Assembly (NCBI GenBank): GCA_021737275.1
Contig: JAIPEE010000018.1
Location: forward strand, 8,970-72,969
Source: Desulfobacterales bacterium
GTDB taxonomy: Bacteria > Desulfobacterota > Desulfobacteria > Desulfobacterales > JAIPEE01
DNA: 64,000 bases
Direction: 5' to 3'
The position numbers and the translations under genes are program-made. The notes under the pieces are model-generated. The model saw only the letters and a program-made list of their open reading frames with translations. It was not told the DNA's origin and made no database searches. Shown here piece by piece: positions 1 through 9,352 of this stretch; position 1 is the first letter of the stretch; every line of letters starts with the position of its first letter.

Positions 1-1
1 T

Positions 2-388
2 GCAAAAAAAGCAGCTCAATCTCTTCTGAATCTTGAAAACAGGCCCACAGCCATTTTTGCACAGGACGATAATATGGCCATTGGTGCAAGAGAAGCTATC
101 ATTGAAGCGGGTTACACCGTCCCAGAGGATATTGCCCTGATTGGATTTGATGACATTGATATGGCATCCCTTGCCGGCATTGATCTGACCACAATCAGTC
201 AGAAAAAATATGAGATGGGCGCTGCGGGTATGGAAATACTGTCACAAAAAATTGAAAAAGGAAACTCCGCCAAGCTTAGCCGGATAAAGCTTAAAGCGGA
301 ACTGATTATCCGCAAATCATGCGGCTATAATCTTTATGGTTATAAAAAAACTAAAATAATTGGAGGGCATGTCAATGATGAAAGATGA
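2..388 (+). CDS. LacI family transcriptional regulator, C-terminal fragment (5' end outside window)
   Basis: The frame is open from base 2. The translation ...PTAIFAQDDNMAIGAREAIIEAGYTVPEDIALIGFDDIDMA... is the typical LacI/PurR periplasmic-binding-fold effector domain. Confidence 0.8.
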   Translation, partial: AKKAAQSLLNLENRPTAIFAQDDNMAIGAREAIIEAGYTVPEDIALIGFDDIDMASLAGIDLTTISQKKYEMGAAGMEILSQKIEKGNSAKLSRIKLKAELIIRKSCGYNLYGYKKTKIIGGHVNDER

Positions 389-1691
389 TACACACCTGAT
401 ACTTCATCGTACTTCTCAAACTGAAATTAGAAACGGTATTACCGTTATAGTAAAAGGTGAGGGCATAAATGTTTTTGATCAGGATGGAAAGAAATTTATG
501 GATCTTGATTCCGGTGTCACCCGCCCTGTTCATGTCGGGCATGGCCGTGAAGAAATTGCAAAAGCGGTTTATGATCAGATCTGTAATCTTGCATACTTCA
601 CTCCCTGCCAGTTTGCCAATAAACCGGCCATTGACCTTGCAGGCATTCTGGCTGAAATCACACCTGACCCCATTAATAAAATAATGTTTGAATGTGACGG
701 CAGTGAAGCGGTGGAATCCGCTATGAAACTCGCCAAACATTATCATTACTACCAGGGCGACAAGAGCCGCTTTAAAGTTATCTCCCGCAAGGGCGCTTAT
801 CATGGTGTTAATGGTATGGGCGTTCGTGCACTGGGAACCGTCATGCCGATGCGCCAGATCATGGAACCGGTAGCCCCGGGTGGTATTTTTGCAGAATCGC
901 CCTACTGTTATCGGTGCCCTTATGGATTAAACTACCCGGATTGCGAGATCAAATGTGCCCGGGATCTTGAAAATATTATCGAGTTTGAAGGCCCTGATCA
1001 AATTTCAGCATTTATAGGGGAACCCGTACAACAGGGCTTTGGCGCTTATCATCCGCCCAAAGAGTACTGGCCCATTGTTCGCGAAATTTGTGACAAATAT
1101 GGCATCCTCATCATTGTTGATGAAGTCATCTGTGGTTTTGGCCGGACCGGTAAAATGTTTGCCACCGAACATCTGAACATTAAACCGGATATCCTAACCA
1201 TGGCCAAGGGACTCACAAGCGGTTATGTGCCGCTTGGTGCTGCGGGCTGTTCTGATAAGGTATATGAACCCATCGAAGCTCTTGCCCACCTTCATACATA
1301 TGGCAATCATCCGGTCTCCTGCGCGGCGGGGATTAAAAACATTGAAATTATACAAAGAGAAAAACTGGTAGATAATTCAGCTGAGATGGGCAATTACTTT
1401 CTTGACGGTTTACGTTCCCTTGAAAAGCATCCTTCTGTTGGAGAAACAAGAGGTACCGGGCTTTGGTTAGCGGTTGATTTTACTACCAACAAGGAGACGA
1501 GAGCACCCTTTCCGGTAAGTAATCTGATGAACATTGTCGCACGGGCCAAAGAAAAAGGTTTTATCATAAAGTGTATGGGTATGGCTCTCGAATTTGCGCC
1601 ACCGCTGATCATCACAAAAGAGAACATCAACCAGTTCATTCCGGTGCTTGATGAATGCATTCGTGAAGAAGAAAACGCAATGGGATTATAA
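375..1691 (+). CDS. Class III (omega/aspartate-family) PLP-dependent aminotransferase
   Basis: The ORF is about 440 aa. It has the DEVICGFGRTG motif and a PLP-lysine context (DILTMAKGLTSGYVPLG). GGAGGG at 362-367 favours ATG 375 or 378 over the track's TTG at 360. Confidence 0.85.
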   Translation: MMKDDTHLILHRTSQTEIRNGITVIVKGEGINVFDQDGKKFMDLDSGVTRPVHVGHGREEIAKAVYDQICNLAYFTPCQFANKPAIDLAGILAEITPDPINKIMFECDGSEAVESAMKLAKHYHYYQGDKSRFKVISRKGAYHGVNGMGVRALGTVMPMRQIMEPVAPGGIFAESPYCYRCPYGLNYPDCEIKCARDLENIIEFEGPDQISAFIGEPVQQGFGAYHPPKEYWPIVREICDKYGILIIVDEVICGFGRTGKMFATEHLNIKPDILTMAKGLTSGYVPLGAAGCSDKVYEPIEALAHLHTYGNHPVSCAAGIKNIEIIQREKLVDNSAEMGNYFLDGLRSLEKHPSVGETRGTGLWLAVDFTTNKETRAPFPVSNLMNIVARAKEKGFIIKCMGMALEFAPPLIITKENINQFIPVLDECIREEENAMGL

Positions 1692-1727
1692 AATAATGAA
1701 TTCAATAACCTAACAGGAGCAATAAAA

Positions 1728-2954
1728 ATGAAAAAGATCATTATTATCGGTGTCGGTGCTCAAGGAAGTACAATAGCAAAGCGCATGGATGAAGAACCCA
1801 ATGTTTCTGAAATTATATGTGCGGACTATGATCTAAAAGCAGCCGAATCTCTTGGCAGTACTTTAAACAAGGCAACCGCCGTTCAGCTTGATGGTAGTAA
1901 ACTTCAGAATGTGATTGATACCTGCCAGGGTTGTGACCTGATTGTCAATGGGCTTCCGCTGGAATACAATCTCATAATAATGGAAGCTGCCCTTACGCTT
2001 AATACACCATACATAGATATGGCCGGCCCCATGATAGAAGAACTCGGGTACATTGGCAGTTATGAACATATTTTTTCCGAATGGCATGAAAAGTTCAAGG
2101 CAAAGGGTTTGACGGCACTTATTGGCGGTGGCTCTGCACCTGGCCTGACCAGTGTTATGGTCCGGGAAGCGGTTGAAAAACTGGATACCTGTGAAACAAT
2201 CAGCATGTGCTTATACGACGGCATATGGGCCAAAAAATTCACACCTTTCTGGTGGTCACCGGAAGTGGCTTTTGGTGATATGGGATATAAAACATTCCGT
2301 TATGAAAATGGTGAATTCGTCACGGACACCCCGTTCAGCCGACCGGTTATGATGGACTTTAAAGGCGTTGATCATAAAGTCAGGATGGTTGATCATGAAC
2401 ATGATGAACCGGTTACCATGGGGCTTTTGGCCAACAAGGTTCTTAAGGGAGCAAAAAATATTGAATTTAAATATGGCGGCCCTGCAGTTGATCTTTCTGA
2501 ATCTTTCTATAAAATGGGACTCCTTTCTCTGGAACCGGTTGATGTCAAAGGTACACAGATTGTACCCATGGACCTGATACTCAAACTTTCTCCACCGGCT
2601 CCCAAATATCCCGATGAAATCCAGGCAATTATCAACGAAGGGATGGAGATGGAAGAAGGTGCATTTCTGGTCCGTGTTGAAGGAAAAAAAGATGGTCAAA
2701 ATATTAGAATAGATCTTTATGCCAACGCACCTGGTCTACAGGAAGCATTTGAAAAATCGGGCATAACCCATGAGTCCTATTCTACCGGCCAATGCGCTTC
2801 TATTTTCACAAAGATGATGGTTAATGATGTCATTACTGAAAAAGGTGTCTTCCCTCCGGAAGTGCTGGGTGATGATGCACGGCAGTATTTTTTCCGTGAG
2901 GCTGCAAAGCTGGGAATCACCATTGATGAAACTATAGAAAAACGACTTTATTAA
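1728..2954 (+). CDS. Saccharopine dehydrogenase family NAD(P)-binding protein
   Basis: The N-terminal Rossmann motif is MKKIIIIGVGAQGSTIA. The length (408 aa) and overall pattern match the saccharopine dehydrogenase-like family. AGGAG lies 7 nt upstream of the ATG. Confidence 0.7.
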   Translation: MKKIIIIGVGAQGSTIAKRMDEEPNVSEIICADYDLKAAESLGSTLNKATAVQLDGSKLQNVIDTCQGCDLIVNGLPLEYNLIIMEAALTLNTPYIDMAGPMIEELGYIGSYEHIFSEWHEKFKAKGLTALIGGGSAPGLTSVMVREAVEKLDTCETISMCLYDGIWAKKFTPFWWSPEVAFGDMGYKTFRYENGEFVTDTPFSRPVMMDFKGVDHKVRMVDHEHDEPVTMGLLANKVLKGAKNIEFKYGGPAVDLSESFYKMGLLSLEPVDVKGTQIVPMDLILKLSPPAPKYPDEIQAIINEGMEMEEGAFLVRVEGKKDGQNIRIDLYANAPGLQEAFEKSGITHESYSTGQCASIFTKMMVNDVITEKGVFPPEVLGDDARQYFFREAAKLGITIDETIEKRLY

Positions 2955-2970
2955 AATCTTATATATCTTA

Positions 2971-2997
2971 GCCCGGATTAATTTCCGGGCTTTTCTT
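2971..2997 (+). terminator. Rho-independent terminator-like hairpin
   Basis: The stem is gcccgga (2971-2977) pairing with tccgggc (2984-2990), with a 6-nt loop, followed by ttttctt. Confidence 0.6.
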
Positions 2998-3008
2998 ATG
3001 GAGCTGTT

Positions 3009-4088
3009 ATGAAAAACTATCGTATTGCTTATATTCCGGGTGATGGTGTTGGAACTGAAGTTACTGCAGAAGCGGAAAAAATATTAAATACGGTTGCGGC
3101 AAAACATAACTTCACTATTGAAGGACAGTATTTTGACTGGAGCTGTGATTACTTCCTTAAAAATGGTGTTATGATGCCCGATGATGCGCTTGAAACCTTA
3201 AAATCATTTGATGCCATTTTCCTGGGCTGCATAGGAGATGCGGCAAAGGTTCCGGACCATATCTCACTGACCATGCTGCTGGCCATCAGGAAAGGATTTG
3301 ATCAGTACGTTAACCTGCGTCCGATTAAAATCTTTCCGGGTGTTACGTCTCCGGTAAAAGGGGTAACACCCGAAACACTTGATATGATTGTTGTCCGGGA
3401 AAATACTGAAGGTGAATATTCTGCCAATGGCGGCTTTTTTAAAATGGGGACGCCGGATGCCTTTGCACTCCAGACAGCTATTTTTACACAAAAAGGCTGC
3501 GAACGTGTCATCAAATATGCTTTTGAACTGGCCCAAAAACGTAAGAAACTCGGCACCAAATCGCCTGTCGGTATGGTTACCAACTGTACAAAATCAAATG
3601 CCCTGAACTATTCCATGGTTTTCTGGGATTCCGTTTTTAACCGGGTGTCCGTAAACTATCCGGATATCAAAACAGACATGGCACTGGTCGATGCGCTGAC
3701 GATGTGGTTTGTCAAAAATCCGGATTATTTTGATGTCATTGTCGCATCAAATCTTTTTGGTGACATCATCACTGACCTTGGAGCCATGCTCCAGGGGGGG
3801 ATGGGCTTTGCAGCCGGTGGAAATATTAACCCGGAAAAAAAATATCCATCCATGTTTGAGCCGATTCATGGTTCTGCACCCAAATACACGGGCAAAGGGA
3901 TTGTTAATCCCGTCGCCAGTATTGAATCGGCCAGGATGCTGCTGGAACATCTGGATGAATATCAGGCTGCCCGGGATATTGAGAACGCAACAGCAACCAT
4001 TTTATCAGATGGTAAATTCCGGACTGCGGACATGGGCGGCACATTTAAAACCCATGAGGTCGGTGATGCCATTGCAACTGCCATTTAA
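3009..4088 (+). CDS. Tartrate dehydrogenase/decarboxylase / D-malate dehydrogenase-like (isocitrate/isopropylmalate dehydrogenase family)
   Basis: The ORF is 359 aa. Motifs YRIAYIPGDGVGTEV..FDWSCDYFLKNGVMMPDD..KVPDHISL..FDQYVNLRP match the tartrate dehydrogenase subfamily of beta-decarboxylating dehydrogenases. Confidence 0.8.
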   Translation: MKNYRIAYIPGDGVGTEVTAEAEKILNTVAAKHNFTIEGQYFDWSCDYFLKNGVMMPDDALETLKSFDAIFLGCIGDAAKVPDHISLTMLLAIRKGFDQYVNLRPIKIFPGVTSPVKGVTPETLDMIVVRENTEGEYSANGGFFKMGTPDAFALQTAIFTQKGCERVIKYAFELAQKRKKLGTKSPVGMVTNCTKSNALNYSMVFWDSVFNRVSVNYPDIKTDMALVDALTMWFVKNPDYFDVIVASNLFGDIITDLGAMLQGGMGFAAGGNINPEKKYPSMFEPIHGSAPKYTGKGIVNPVASIESARMLLEHLDEYQAARDIENATATILSDGKFRTADMGGTFKTHEVGDAIATAI

Positions 4089-4266
4089 CTATTCAAAACC
4101 GGCCGGGCATCTGACCGCTGCTTTCTGACACTCGGCCGGTACAAATCCGTTAAACAATTCTTTTTTTCTATTATTGATTATCAAATTTGTGATCTTGATA
4201 TTAACCCGCCGATATGATAGCAAAATAGAATTACGGATCATATAATAACATCCAAAGGGAGCGCAG

Positions 4267-4692
4267 ATGGTAGACCGGGACATATATGAACGCCTGTCCG
4301 CTTCATCAGAACGTCTTATTGAATTATTAAAAGAACTGCCTGATAATCAGGATCAAAATATTGAAGCCGGCAGGTTTCATCGTCTTAGAAAAAATCCAAG
4401 GCGACCCTGTATTTTTATTGTGGATTATGAAGTGGATGGAAAGTTATATGATAATTATATTCTTGATTTAAGCCTCGGCGGTGTTTTTATTGAATCAGAA
4501 GAACCTTTTGGACCTGGCCGGAAAATCAGAATAAAATTTTTTTACCCTGACGGACGCGGATTTTTTTGGGTGAAAGGAACAATTGAATGGCGATCGTCAC
4601 AGGGTATTGGCGTCCATTTTAATAAGATGGAACCCGATATGAAAAACAAACTGGCCAGAATCATTACCTGTGTCAGTAAAATGCTTGAATAA
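4267..4692 (+). CDS. PilZ domain protein (c-di-GMP receptor-like)
   Basis: The RxxxR motif (RKNPRR) and the DxSxxG motif (DLSLGG) are both present with correct spacing. Confidence 0.8.
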   Translation: MVDRDIYERLSASSERLIELLKELPDNQDQNIEAGRFHRLRKNPRRPCIFIVDYEVDGKLYDNYILDLSLGGVFIESEEPFGPGRKIRIKFFYPDGRGFFWVKGTIEWRSSQGIGVHFNKMEPDMKNKLARIITCVSKMLE

Positions 4693-4703
4693 TTCTGGAA
4701 CTG

Positions 4704-6026
4704 GTGACTTATATGAGCTCAATCGTAATTGCATGTTCAAATGAACCCGAAGCTGAACTTTTAAAAAAGAGTCTTGCTTCCGATTTTAAGGTTACGGTAA
4801 TTTCATCTGAAAAGGAATTTAAAAAGCTTGGTAACGGTACTGACTTTTTACTTATTGATGAGGATTTTTCCAAAAAAGGCGGCCTTGACTTCCTCGAAAC
4901 GGTTTCCAATGGAAATTCCCTTCCAACCATCGTTCTTGCGCCTGATCATAACCGGAAAAATGCAACCCGCGCATTCCTCCTTGGCGCATACAACTATATC
5001 GTTAAATCAGGCAACTATACCCAGCTGCTGGGTATTATCATAAAGTCAACTATCCGGCGGCATAACGAAGTTATAAAACTGAAGAATACAATAGTTGAAC
5101 TTAAAGATCGTATTGCCTCACTGGAAATACAGCTTGAAGATATCCCCACAACCCAACCTACTGCCGGAAAACCAACTCCGAAAAGTTCTCTTGTTGAAGA
5201 AATTATTTCAAAATTCAAACGGGGAGAAATTGCACTTCCCAAAATACCGGAAATCAATATTGAGCTTAAAAAAATTATTGACCTGGGTGCGTCAAATGAT
5301 GAAATCACTAAACTGGTTAAACGTATTCCGGATATTTCAACCAAACTGATCAAGGTTGCTAACACACCCTATTACAGGAGCAGTGCCGATATAACGGATA
5401 TCGGTATGGCCGTTGAATGCCTTGGACCGGCAGTCGTCAAACAATATCTCGACGTTATTGCAAATCGTTCATTTTATACCACTGATAATAAAAGATATTC
5501 ACCGATCATTGAAAAACTTTGGATACATACACTTTCCTGTGCCTATTCCACACAGACAACAGCAGCATTTATTAAATTTGAAATTAATGCCGATGCCTTT
5601 ATTATGGGGCTTATACATGATATCGGTAAACTTGTTTTAATTCAGATTATTGCTGAAATTGATCTTCAGAATAGATTAAGCAAGGATATTCATGAATTAG
5701 ACATTCATAAATCACTCGACACTTTCCATGGTGACTTTGGCGCAATAATCCTGAAACGATGGAAACTTCCCCAAATTTATCTTAATGCAGCCCTGTTTCA
5801 TGATAATATTGAAAAGGCAAAACCGGTCACAAAAGACCTGCTGCTAATTTATTTTTCTAATCTTCTGGTCAAGCATATGGGGTTTGATATCAAAGATAAT
5901 ACGCCGGATATCGATATAACAAAGATCCCTGCAGCAAAACTGCTTGAACTTGACCCGACAACAATCGGAGAAATTCAGTACCAGGTGAAAGAAAGCATGA
6001 AAGCTGTTAAAGGTATATTCTTTTAA
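4704..6026 (+). CDS. HDOD domain protein with N-terminal receiver-like domain
   Basis: The C-terminal half carries HDOD hallmarks (LWIHTLSCAY, GLIHDIGKLVL). The N-terminal ~120 aa has a CheY-like layout, followed by a coiled-coil linker. The start is either GTG 4704 or ATG 4713. Confidence 0.7.
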   Translation: MTYMSSIVIACSNEPEAELLKKSLASDFKVTVISSEKEFKKLGNGTDFLLIDEDFSKKGGLDFLETVSNGNSLPTIVLAPDHNRKNATRAFLLGAYNYIVKSGNYTQLLGIIIKSTIRRHNEVIKLKNTIVELKDRIASLEIQLEDIPTTQPTAGKPTPKSSLVEEIISKFKRGEIALPKIPEINIELKKIIDLGASNDEITKLVKRIPDISTKLIKVANTPYYRSSADITDIGMAVECLGPAVVKQYLDVIANRSFYTTDNKRYSPIIEKLWIHTLSCAYSTQTTAAFIKFEINADAFIMGLIHDIGKLVLIQIIAEIDLQNRLSKDIHELDIHKSLDTFHGDFGAIILKRWKLPQIYLNAALFHDNIEKAKPVTKDLLLIYFSNLLVKHMGFDIKDNTPDIDITKIPAAKLLELDPTTIGEIQYQVKESMKAVKGIFF

Positions 6027-6093
6027 CTATCTCTGCAAATAGTCATTTATACAAAATAATACTTTCATTCATTGAGGGAATAAGGAGGCGCAA

Positions 6094-7182
6094 ATGATTA
6101 TCGGAATTCCCAAAGAGCTTAAATCAGGAGAAAGAAGAGTTGGAATAGATCCTTACTGGACAGGCATCTTTGTCCGGAAAGGCCACAAGGTGTTGATTGA
6201 AAAAGAAGCCGGTGTCCTTTCAGGTTTCGGTGATAAGGATTATATTGAGGCAGGTGCCAAAATTATCGATACCAGGGAGATATTATGGGCCGATGCGGAG
6301 ATGATCATCAAGGTTAAGGAACTGGAACCTCAGGAGTATGCGCTACCGCAAAATGGCCAGATTCTCTATTCCTTTATTCATCTCGGTGAGGAAGAGGATA
6401 TGAAGGTGTTTACCTTGCTTAAAGAGTCCGGTGCTACCGTTATTGCTTTTGAGCATCTTATTGACAATAATGTCAAGTTGGCCTTAGCACCTATGAGCGA
6501 ACTGGCAGCATGGAATGCTGCCATCCAGATGGCGAAACTCCTCTATGAACCTGAGGGATCGATGGGTATCGCCCTGGGAAATTTCTCAGGGTTTCCTTCA
6601 GCGAGAATAACGATTCTGGGTGGGGGAACAGTAGGACAGTTTGCGGCAAAAACACTTATCGGCATAGGTGCGGAGATCACCATTCTGGAAAAAAATTATA
6701 ACCGAATTGTTGAACTGAAAAAGTATTTTGAAGGTTCCGCACGCGTGCTTTACTCCAATGATGAAAACCTTCGTCTGTCCCTTGGGGAATCGGTTGGACT
6801 GATCAATGCACTTTATCCCGGACCGGGATGCATCAACCTGGTAACACGCGAACACCTCACCCTGATGCCTGAAAAATCAGTCATCATTGATGTAGGTGGC
6901 GGTAATGTGATTGAAACCATGCGTTATACCAAATTGGAAGATCCGACATTCATAGAAGAAAACCGGATTCATTACTGCGTAGATAATTCTCCGGCCCAGA
7001 TGGCAAAAACAGCTTCCAAGATTCTGGCCAACATCACCATACCATATGGTATTATCATTGCTGACAAAGGCCTTATCGAAGCTGCGAAAGTAAATCCAAT
7101 TATAAAGAATGCCATTAACTTTTATAACCGCAAGGTCGTTCACCCCGAAATAGCAGTCATGCATCAGGCTGAAGTAGAATGA
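6094..7182 (+). CDS. Alanine dehydrogenase / PNT family protein (divergent)
   Basis: MIIGIPKELKSGERRVG, IIKVKELEP, IHLG and ILGGGTVG are colinear with L-alanine dehydrogenases. AGGAGG precedes the ATG. Confidence 0.7.
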   Translation: MIIGIPKELKSGERRVGIDPYWTGIFVRKGHKVLIEKEAGVLSGFGDKDYIEAGAKIIDTREILWADAEMIIKVKELEPQEYALPQNGQILYSFIHLGEEEDMKVFTLLKESGATVIAFEHLIDNNVKLALAPMSELAAWNAAIQMAKLLYEPEGSMGIALGNFSGFPSARITILGGGTVGQFAAKTLIGIGAEITILEKNYNRIVELKKYFEGSARVLYSNDENLRLSLGESVGLINALYPGPGCINLVTREHLTLMPEKSVIIDVGGGNVIETMRYTKLEDPTFIEENRIHYCVDNSPAQMAKTASKILANITIPYGIIIADKGLIEAAKVNPIIKNAINFYNRKVVHPEIAVMHQAEVE

Positions 7183-7256
7183 TTTATCTAATAAAACAAA
7201 AGGGGCACCTTGATTCATGAAATAACACCGTTACACTTAACCAACAGGAGGCCCTT

Positions 7257-9293
7257 ATGGCTGAATCCACACTACTCATTCACAAAAACATAGATCCTGA
7301 CTATGGTTTTTATATTGCCACAAAATTAACGGAATTTGTAAACAGCGACATGGGAGGCCGCACAGCCGGCAGCAAAGCTGAACATGAAGCCGCTGAATGG
7401 CTGACCCATGAAATGAAGCGCATCGGGTTATCCGATGTTACCAAAGCACCATTTCCCTGTGACATCTGGCAATTCAATCGCAGCACACTAAATGTGATTG
7501 AGCCTGAAAATATCAAAAAAACGATAAAACCATATCCATACCCATCCGGATCCACACGATCCGAAGCAATTGACGGAGAGTTGCTTTTTATCGGAAAAGG
7601 CTCAAAACGGGATTATGAAAATATTGACGCACATGGTAAAATTGTCCTGATCGGAATTGATATGGAAAAAGACTGGTGGATCACCCATCCAACCGTTGAA
7701 GCCGAACTTCAGGGAGCTGTTGCAATTATCAGCTACTGTACAGGAAGTTATAGCCAGTTAAATGCCGACACGATGAATACCCAGAACTTTGCGGGCCCGC
7801 GTACAATTCCATCCGTTAACATCAGTAAAAATGATGCGGATTATCTCAAGGATCTGCTCAATAAGGGTTCTGTTCGTATCAATCTGACGATAGATAAGCT
7901 TCTTGAATCAGGCGGCACAAGTTATAATATTATTGGAACGCTGCCCGGCAAAAGAGATGATGAGTATGTTCTGTGCGGGGATCACTATGACTGCCACTTT
8001 TGGGGTGTTCAGGATAATAATGCCGGTGTTGCCATGACACTGGCCATTGCCAAAACCATGATTGATGCCGGATATCAGCCGGAACGCACCATCAAATTTA
8101 TTCTCCATGGTGCCGAAGAGTGGGGTGCCATTGGTACACCCTATGATTTCGCCGTCGGCGGATGGCACCAGGTGTTTACCATAAATCCGGAATGGGCTGG
8201 GAAATCCCTTGCTTTCATTAATTTCGAGCATCCGGCACACCGTTTTGGTGATACTTTTTTTGCCAACTCTACACCGGAGTTTTATACTTTTTTACAGGAC
8301 CGATATACATCAGCACCGGACAGAGGTAATCTTTTTAAAAATGGATTTGCGGATGAAGGCCGCCATTTTTCTACAGATATTGACGGATGGAGCTACGCAA
8401 TCTCAGGAATTCCCGTAATTGTTAATGGTCGTGCACCATTAACAGGTCGCAACAATTACTATGAAGATATTTATCATTCAAACTTTGACGATGTCGATAC
8501 ATGGGAAAACGATATCTTTCTTTATAATCTTAAATTCTACGGTGGATTGCTGATCTCCCTTGATAAACGCCCTGCCTTGCCGCTTGATTTCAGTCAGCAG
8601 GCGAGACGATTAAAAAATTCTGTAAATATTGATGTTTTTACCCAATCGGATGTTGATCCGGATCAGTTCTTATCGGCTATAGATAAATTTGAAGCAGCTT
8701 CATCACAGTTATACAAAACGATTAATGGCCTCAACGAAGAATTCATAATAGCAGCGTCTAATCCTGATAACAGCCCTGAAAAAATGGATGGAATTACCTC
8801 TCTTGCACAAACGGCAAACCAGAAGATCCTATCCACCTATAAAGTGATTTTCGATGTCTTTTATAAAATGGATTTCAATGATGATCCGATCTTTGCACAT
8901 GAACATCCCCAGAGAAACATCCTTCTCTTAAACGGGGCAATTGATGCACTCAAAAATGGAAATACAGCCGCTGCAGTTGAAAATGCACTTGAACGGATTG
9001 ATGACAACCGTCTTTGCAGACATTTCAGCAAAGAGACCCTGTCTCGTTTCAAGAAAAACCTCTCTGAAGCGACTGCTGCTAAACGGCTTTACTGGGCAAA
9101 AGATAAAATTGTAACACCGCTGGATCTTTTTGAAATCCTTAACGCTCTGTCTGCAAAAGCTAAAAAAGGTGAAACAGACTTTTCGAATGAAATTTTAGCA
9201 CTGACAACAGCTCTTGAAGCACAAAAAAATTCATTTGAAGCAGCTGTAAATGCTGAAAGGGAAGGCCTGAAACAGATTATGGAATTGCTTTAG
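7257..9293 (+). CDS. M28 family metallopeptidase with PA domain and long helical C-terminal extension
   Basis: Zn-ligand contexts are CGDHYDC and HGAEEWGAIG. A PA-like insert (GKIVLIGIDME) is present. The ORF is 678 aa and is preceded by AGGAGG. Confidence 0.75.
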   Translation: MAESTLLIHKNIDPDYGFYIATKLTEFVNSDMGGRTAGSKAEHEAAEWLTHEMKRIGLSDVTKAPFPCDIWQFNRSTLNVIEPENIKKTIKPYPYPSGSTRSEAIDGELLFIGKGSKRDYENIDAHGKIVLIGIDMEKDWWITHPTVEAELQGAVAIISYCTGSYSQLNADTMNTQNFAGPRTIPSVNISKNDADYLKDLLNKGSVRINLTIDKLLESGGTSYNIIGTLPGKRDDEYVLCGDHYDCHFWGVQDNNAGVAMTLAIAKTMIDAGYQPERTIKFILHGAEEWGAIGTPYDFAVGGWHQVFTINPEWAGKSLAFINFEHPAHRFGDTFFANSTPEFYTFLQDRYTSAPDRGNLFKNGFADEGRHFSTDIDGWSYAISGIPVIVNGRAPLTGRNNYYEDIYHSNFDDVDTWENDIFLYNLKFYGGLLISLDKRPALPLDFSQQARRLKNSVNIDVFTQSDVDPDQFLSAIDKFEAASSQLYKTINGLNEEFIIAASNPDNSPEKMDGITSLAQTANQKILSTYKVIFDVFYKMDFNDDPIFAHEHPQRNILLLNGAIDALKNGNTAAAVENALERIDDNRLCRHFSKETLSRFKKNLSEATAAKRLYWAKDKIVTPLDLFEILNALSAKAKKGETDFSNEILALTTALEAQKNSFEAAVNAEREGLKQIMELL

Positions 9294-9352
9294 CCGAGGG
9301 TTTCAGCAGATAGAATCCATATCAAAAAAGAGATAGGGTAATAGCCTTAATG

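Noticed and set aside
4098-4140. An inverted repeat, accggccg ... cggccggt, after the tartrate-DH-like gene.
   Set aside because: The stem is 8 bp but the loop is 27 nt and no T-tract follows. That is too weak to call a terminator.
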